Shown here: in pieces, positions 57,953 through 64,000 of the stretch
Layout: each line of letters starts with the position of its first letter
Position numbering within the stretch: the stretch's first letter is position 1
Assembly: GCA_964016885.1 (NCBI GenBank)
Contig: OZ024744.1
Location: 81,902,001 to 81,966,000, forward strand
Reading direction: 5' to 3'
Length of the DNA: 64,000 nt
Source: Eledone cirrhosa
Lineage: Eukaryota
Program-made: the position numbers and the translations under genes
Notes under the pieces: model-generated
Seen by the model: the letters and a program-made list of their open reading frames with translations, nothing else
Told to the model about the DNA's origin: nothing
The model's database searches: none

Positions 57953-60140
57953 TCATTTTCTCTCTCTCACACACACACTCACTCACACGCACGCTCTCTC
58001 ACACACACACACACATATATTCATTCTCTCTCTCTCACACACACACTTACACGCACACACACATTCATTCTCTCTCTCACTCACACACACTCACACGCCC
58101 ACTCACACACATATTCATTCTCTCTCTCTCTCTCTCACACACACTCACTCACACGCACACTCACACACACACACACATTCATTCTCTCTCACACACACAC
58201 ACACATTTATTCTCTCTTTCACTCACACACACACACACACACATATTCATTCTCTCTCTCTCACACACACACTTACACGCACACACACATTCATTCTCTC
58301 TCTCACTCACACACACTCACTCACACGCACACTCACACACACATTTATTCTCTCTCTCTCTCACACACACACACTCACTCATACGCACACTCACACACAC
58401 ACACACATATTCATTCTGTCTCTCTCACACACACACTCACTCAAACACACACTCACACACACACATATTCATTCTCTCTCTCACTCACACACACACACAC
58501 ACACACATTTATTCTCTCTCTCTCTCCCACACACTCACTCACACGCACACTCACACACACACACATACATTCTCTCTCTCACTCTCTCACACACACTCAC
58601 TCACACGCACACTCACACACACATATTCATTCTCTCTCTCACACGCACACTCACACACACACATATTCATTCTCTCTCTCTCACTCACACACACACTCAC
58701 TCACACACACACTCACACACACACACACATATTCATTCTCTCTCTCACTCACACACACACACACACACACACACATTTATTCTCTCTCTCTCTCACACAC
58801 ACACACTCACTCATACGCACACACACACACACACACATATTCATTCTGTCTCTCTCACACACACACTCACTCACACACACACTCACACACACACATATTC
58901 ATTCTCTCTCTCACTCACACACACACACATTTATTCTCTCTCTCTCTCACACACACACACTCACTCACACGCACACTCACACACACACACATACATTCTC
59001 TCTCTCACTCTCTCACACACACTCACTCACACGCACACTCACACACACATATTCATTCTCTCTCTCACACGCACACTCACACACACACATATTCATTCTC
59101 TCTCTCTCACTCACACACACACTCAATCACTCACACACACACTCACACACACACACACATATTCATTCTCTCTCTCACTCACACACACACACACACACAC
59201 ACATTTATTCTCTCTCTTTCTCACACACACACACTCACTCATACGCACACTCACACACACACACACATATTCATTCTGTCTCTCTCACACACACACTCAC
59301 TCACACACACACTTACACACACACATATTCATTCTCTCTCTCACTCACACACACACACACACACACATTTATTCTCTCTCTCTCTCACGCACACACACTC
59401 ACTCACACGCACACTCACACACACACACACATACATTCTCTCTCTCACTCTCTCACACACACTCACTCACACGCACACTCACACACACATATTCATTCTC
59501 TCTCTCACACGCACACTCACACACACACATATTCATTCTCTCTCTCTCACTCACACACACACTCACTCACACACACACTCACACAGCACACACATATTCA
59601 TTCTCTCTCTCACTCACACACACACACACACACACACATTTATTCTCTCTCTCTCTCACACACACACACTCACTCACGCACACTCACACACACACACACA
59701 TATTCATTCTCTCTCTCTCATACACACACTCACTCACACACACACTCACACACACACACATATTCATTCTCTCTCTCACTCACACACATACACACACACA
59801 CACATTTATTCTCTCTCTCTCTCACACACACACACTCACTCACACGCACACTCACACACACACACACACATACATTCTCTCTCTCACTCTCTCACTCACA
59901 CACACACACGCATACATTCTCTCTCTCACTCTCTCACTCACACGCACACTCACACACACACACACACACACATACATTCTCTCTCTCACTCTCACACGCA
60001 CACTCACACACACGGACGCTCACACACACACATATTCATTCTCTGTCTCTCACACACAGTCTCACTCACACGCCCACTCACACACACACATATTCATTCT
60101 CTCTCTCTCTCTCTCACACACACTCACTCACACGCACACT

Positions 60141-60171
<31 letters not shown>

Positions 60172-62613
60172 TCATTTTCTCTCTCTCACACACACACTCA
60201 CTCACACGCACGCTCTCTCACACACACACACACATATATTCATTCTCTCTCTCTCACACACACACTTACACGCACACACACATTCATTCTCTCTCTCACT
60301 CACACACACTCACACGCCCACTCACACACATATTCATTCTCTCTCTCTCTCTCTCACACACACTCACTCACACGCACACTCACACACACACACACACATT
60401 CATTCTCTCTCACACACACACACACATTTATTCTCTCTTTCACTCACACACACACACACACACATATTCATTCTCTCTCTCTCACACACACACTTACACG
60501 CACACACACATTCATTCTCTCTCTCACTCACACACACTCACTCACACGCACACTCACACACATATTCATTCTCTCTCTCTCTCTCTCACACACACTCACT
60601 CACACGCACACTCACACACACACACACACATTCATTCTCTCTCTCACACACACACACACACACATTTATTCTCTCTTTCACTCACACACACACACACACA
60701 CATATTCATTCTCTCTCTCTCACACACACACTCACTCACACGCACACTCACACACACACACACATATTCATTCTCTTACTCTCACACACACACTCACTCA
60801 CACGCACACTCACACACACACACACATATTCATTCTCTTACTCTCACACACACACTCACTCACACGCACACTCACACACACACACACATATTCATTCTCT
60901 CTCTCACGCACACAATCACTCACACGCACACTCACACACACACACACACATTCATTCTCTCTCTCACGCACACACTCACTCACACGCACACTCACACACA
61001 CACACACACATATTCATTCTCTCTCTCACTCACTCACACACACACACACATTTATTCTCTCTCACACTCACACACACACATATTCATTCTCTCTCTCTCA
61101 CACACACACTCACTCACACGCACGCTCTCACACACAGACACACACACATATTCTTTCTCACTCACTCACACTCACACTCACACACACACACATATTCATT
61201 CTCTCTCTCTCACACACACACTCACTCACACGCACACTCACACACACACATTCATTCTCTCTCTCACTCACACACACATACACACACACATTTATTCTCT
61301 CTCTCTCTCTCACACACACACACACTCACTCACACGCACACTCACACACACATATTCATTCTCTCTCTCACACACACACACTCACTCACACGCCCACTCA
61401 CACACATATTCATTCTCTCTCTCTCTCTCTCACACACACTCACTCACACGCACACTCACACACACACACATTCATTCTCTCTCTCTCACACACACACACA
61501 CATTTATTCTCTCTTTCACTCACACACACACACACACATATTCATTCTCTCTCTCTCACACACACACTCACTCACACACACACTCACACACACACACATA
61601 TTCATTCTCCCTCTCACTCACACACACACACACACACACACATTTATTCTCTCTCTCTCTCACACACACACACTCACTCACACGCACACTCACACACACA
61701 CACACACATACATTATCTCTCTCACTCTCTCACTCACACACACACACACATACATTCTCTCTCTCACTCTCTCACTCACACGCACACTCACACACACACA
61801 CACATACATTCTCTCTCTCACTCTCACACGCACACTCACACACGCGCACACTCACACACACACATATTCATTCTCTGTCTCTCACACACACTCTCACTCA
61901 CACGCCCACTCACACACACACATATTCATTCTCTCTCTCTCACACACACACACACATTTATTCTCTCTTTCACTCACACACACACACACACATATTCATT
62001 CTCTCTCTCTCACACACACACTCACTCACACACACACTCACACACACACACATATTCATTCTCCCTCTCACTCACACACACACACACACACACACACATT
62101 TATTCTCTCTCTCTCTCACACACACACACTCACTCACACGCACACTCACACACACACACACACATACATTATCTCTCTCACTCTCTCACTCACACACACA
62201 CACACATACATTCTCTCTCTCACTCTCTCACTCACACGCACACTCACACACACACACACATACATTCTCTCTCTCACTCTCACACGCACACTCACACACA
62301 CGCACACTCACACACACACATATTCATTCTCTGTCTCTCACACACACTCTCACTCACACGCCCACTCACACACACACATATTCATTCTCTCTCTCTCTCT
62401 CATACACACTCACTCACACGCACACTCACACACTCACACACACACACACACATATTCATTTTCTCTCTCTCACACACACACTCACTCACACGCACGCTCT
62501 CACACACACACACACACACATATTCATTCTCTCTCTCTCACACACACACACATTCATTCTCTCTCTCACTCACTCACACACACTCACTCACACGCCCACT
62601 CACACACATATTC

Positions 62614-62645
<32 letters not shown>

Positions 62646-63716
62646 TCACTCACACGCACACTCACACACACACACACACATTCATTCTCTCTCACACACA
62701 CACACACACATTTATTCTCTCTTTCACTCACACACACACACACACACATATTCATTCTCTCTCTCTCACACACACACTTACACGCACACACACATTCATT
62801 CTCTCTCTCACTCAAACACACTCACTCACACGCCCACTCACACACATATTCATTCTCTCTCTCTCTCTCACACACACTCACTCACACGCACACTCACACA
62901 CACACACACACATTCATTCTCTCTCACACACACACACACACATTTATTCTCTCTTTCACTCACACACACACACACACACATATTCATTCTCCCTCTCTCA
63001 CACACACACTTACACGCACACACACATTCATTCTCTCTCTCACTCACACACACTCACTCACACGCACACTCACACACACACCCTCACTCACACGCACACT
63101 CACACACACATATTCATTCTCTCTCTCACACACACACACTCACTCACACGCCCACTCACACACATATTCATTATCTCTCTCTCTCTCTCACACACACTCA
63201 CTCACACGCACACTCACACACACACACATTCATTCTCTCTCACACACACACACACACACATTTATTCTCTCTTTCACTCACACACACACACATATTCATT
63301 CTCTCTCTCTCACACACACACTTACACGCACACACACATTCATTCTCTCTCTCACTCACACACACTCACTCACACGCACACTCACACACACACACACACA
63401 TATTCATTCTCTTACTCTCACATACGCACTCACTCACACGCACACTCACACACACACATATTCATTCTCTCTGTCTCACGCACACACTCACTCACACGCA
63501 CACTCACACACACACACACACATATTCATTCTCTCTCTCACGCACACACTCACTCGCACACTCACACACACACACACATAATCATTCTCTCTCTCACACA
63601 CACACTCACTCACCCGCACACTCACACACACACACACATTTATTCTCTCTCTCACTCACACACACACACACATATTCATTCTCTCTCTCTCACACACACA
63701 CTCACTCACACGCACG

Positions 63717-63761
<45 letters not shown>

Positions 63762-64000
63762 TCATTCTCACTCACTCACACGCACACTCACACACACACA
63801 CACATATTCATTCTCTCTCTCTCACACACACACTCACTCACACGCACACTCACACACACACACATTCATTCTCTATCTCACTCACACACACACACACTCA
63901 CACTCACACACACACACATACACACACATCAAACACTCACTCACACACGCACACTCACACACACACACATTCATTCTCTATCTCACTCACACACACACAC
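55098..64000. repeat. Compound (CA)n/(CT)n satellite of ~30-60-bp units with higher-order duplication
   Basis: Recurrent catattcattctctctct-cacacac-tcactcacacgcacact units running to the window end. Confidence 0.95.

Noticed and set aside
55173-63581. 2802-aa His/Thr/Ser/Leu ORF
   Set aside because: The CA/CT satellite strand contains essentially no TAA, TAG or TGA, so a long open frame is expected by composition.

Overview
Eukaryotic, AT-rich, extremely microsatellite-dense non-genic DNA. The repeat make-up suggests a mollusc, probably an octopus (inference only). I found no credible host-gene exon, and most listed ORFs are simple-repeat artefacts. Recognisable content: a decayed R4/Dong-like RLE LINE sitting in (TATG)n (258-3214); an internally deleted Tx1/L1-like LINE (about 10940-13098) and a separate Tx1-like 3' end; a Gypsy LTR retrotransposon with both LTRs, a tRNA-Trp PBS and an apparently deleted gag (13678-19036); two Penelope-like elements (PLEs) with GIY-YIG domains and inverted pseudo-LTRs; RTE-derived non-autonomous elements; tRNA-derived SINEs; mariner, hAT and Helitron-like non-autonomous elements; and a 9-kb compound CA/CT satellite containing a 2.2-kb duplication. 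The main signal is about 30 type-I hammerhead ribozyme (HHR) motifs, read by eye, in a dozen or more sequence families. Most lie in 150-500 bp non-coding elements beside (TA)n tracts, arranged as tandem, terminally redundant or fold-back copies (retrozyme / pLTR-only-like). Several families carry a compensatory U3-A8 catalytic core. All structures and family names were assigned by eye or from memory and need computational confirmation.
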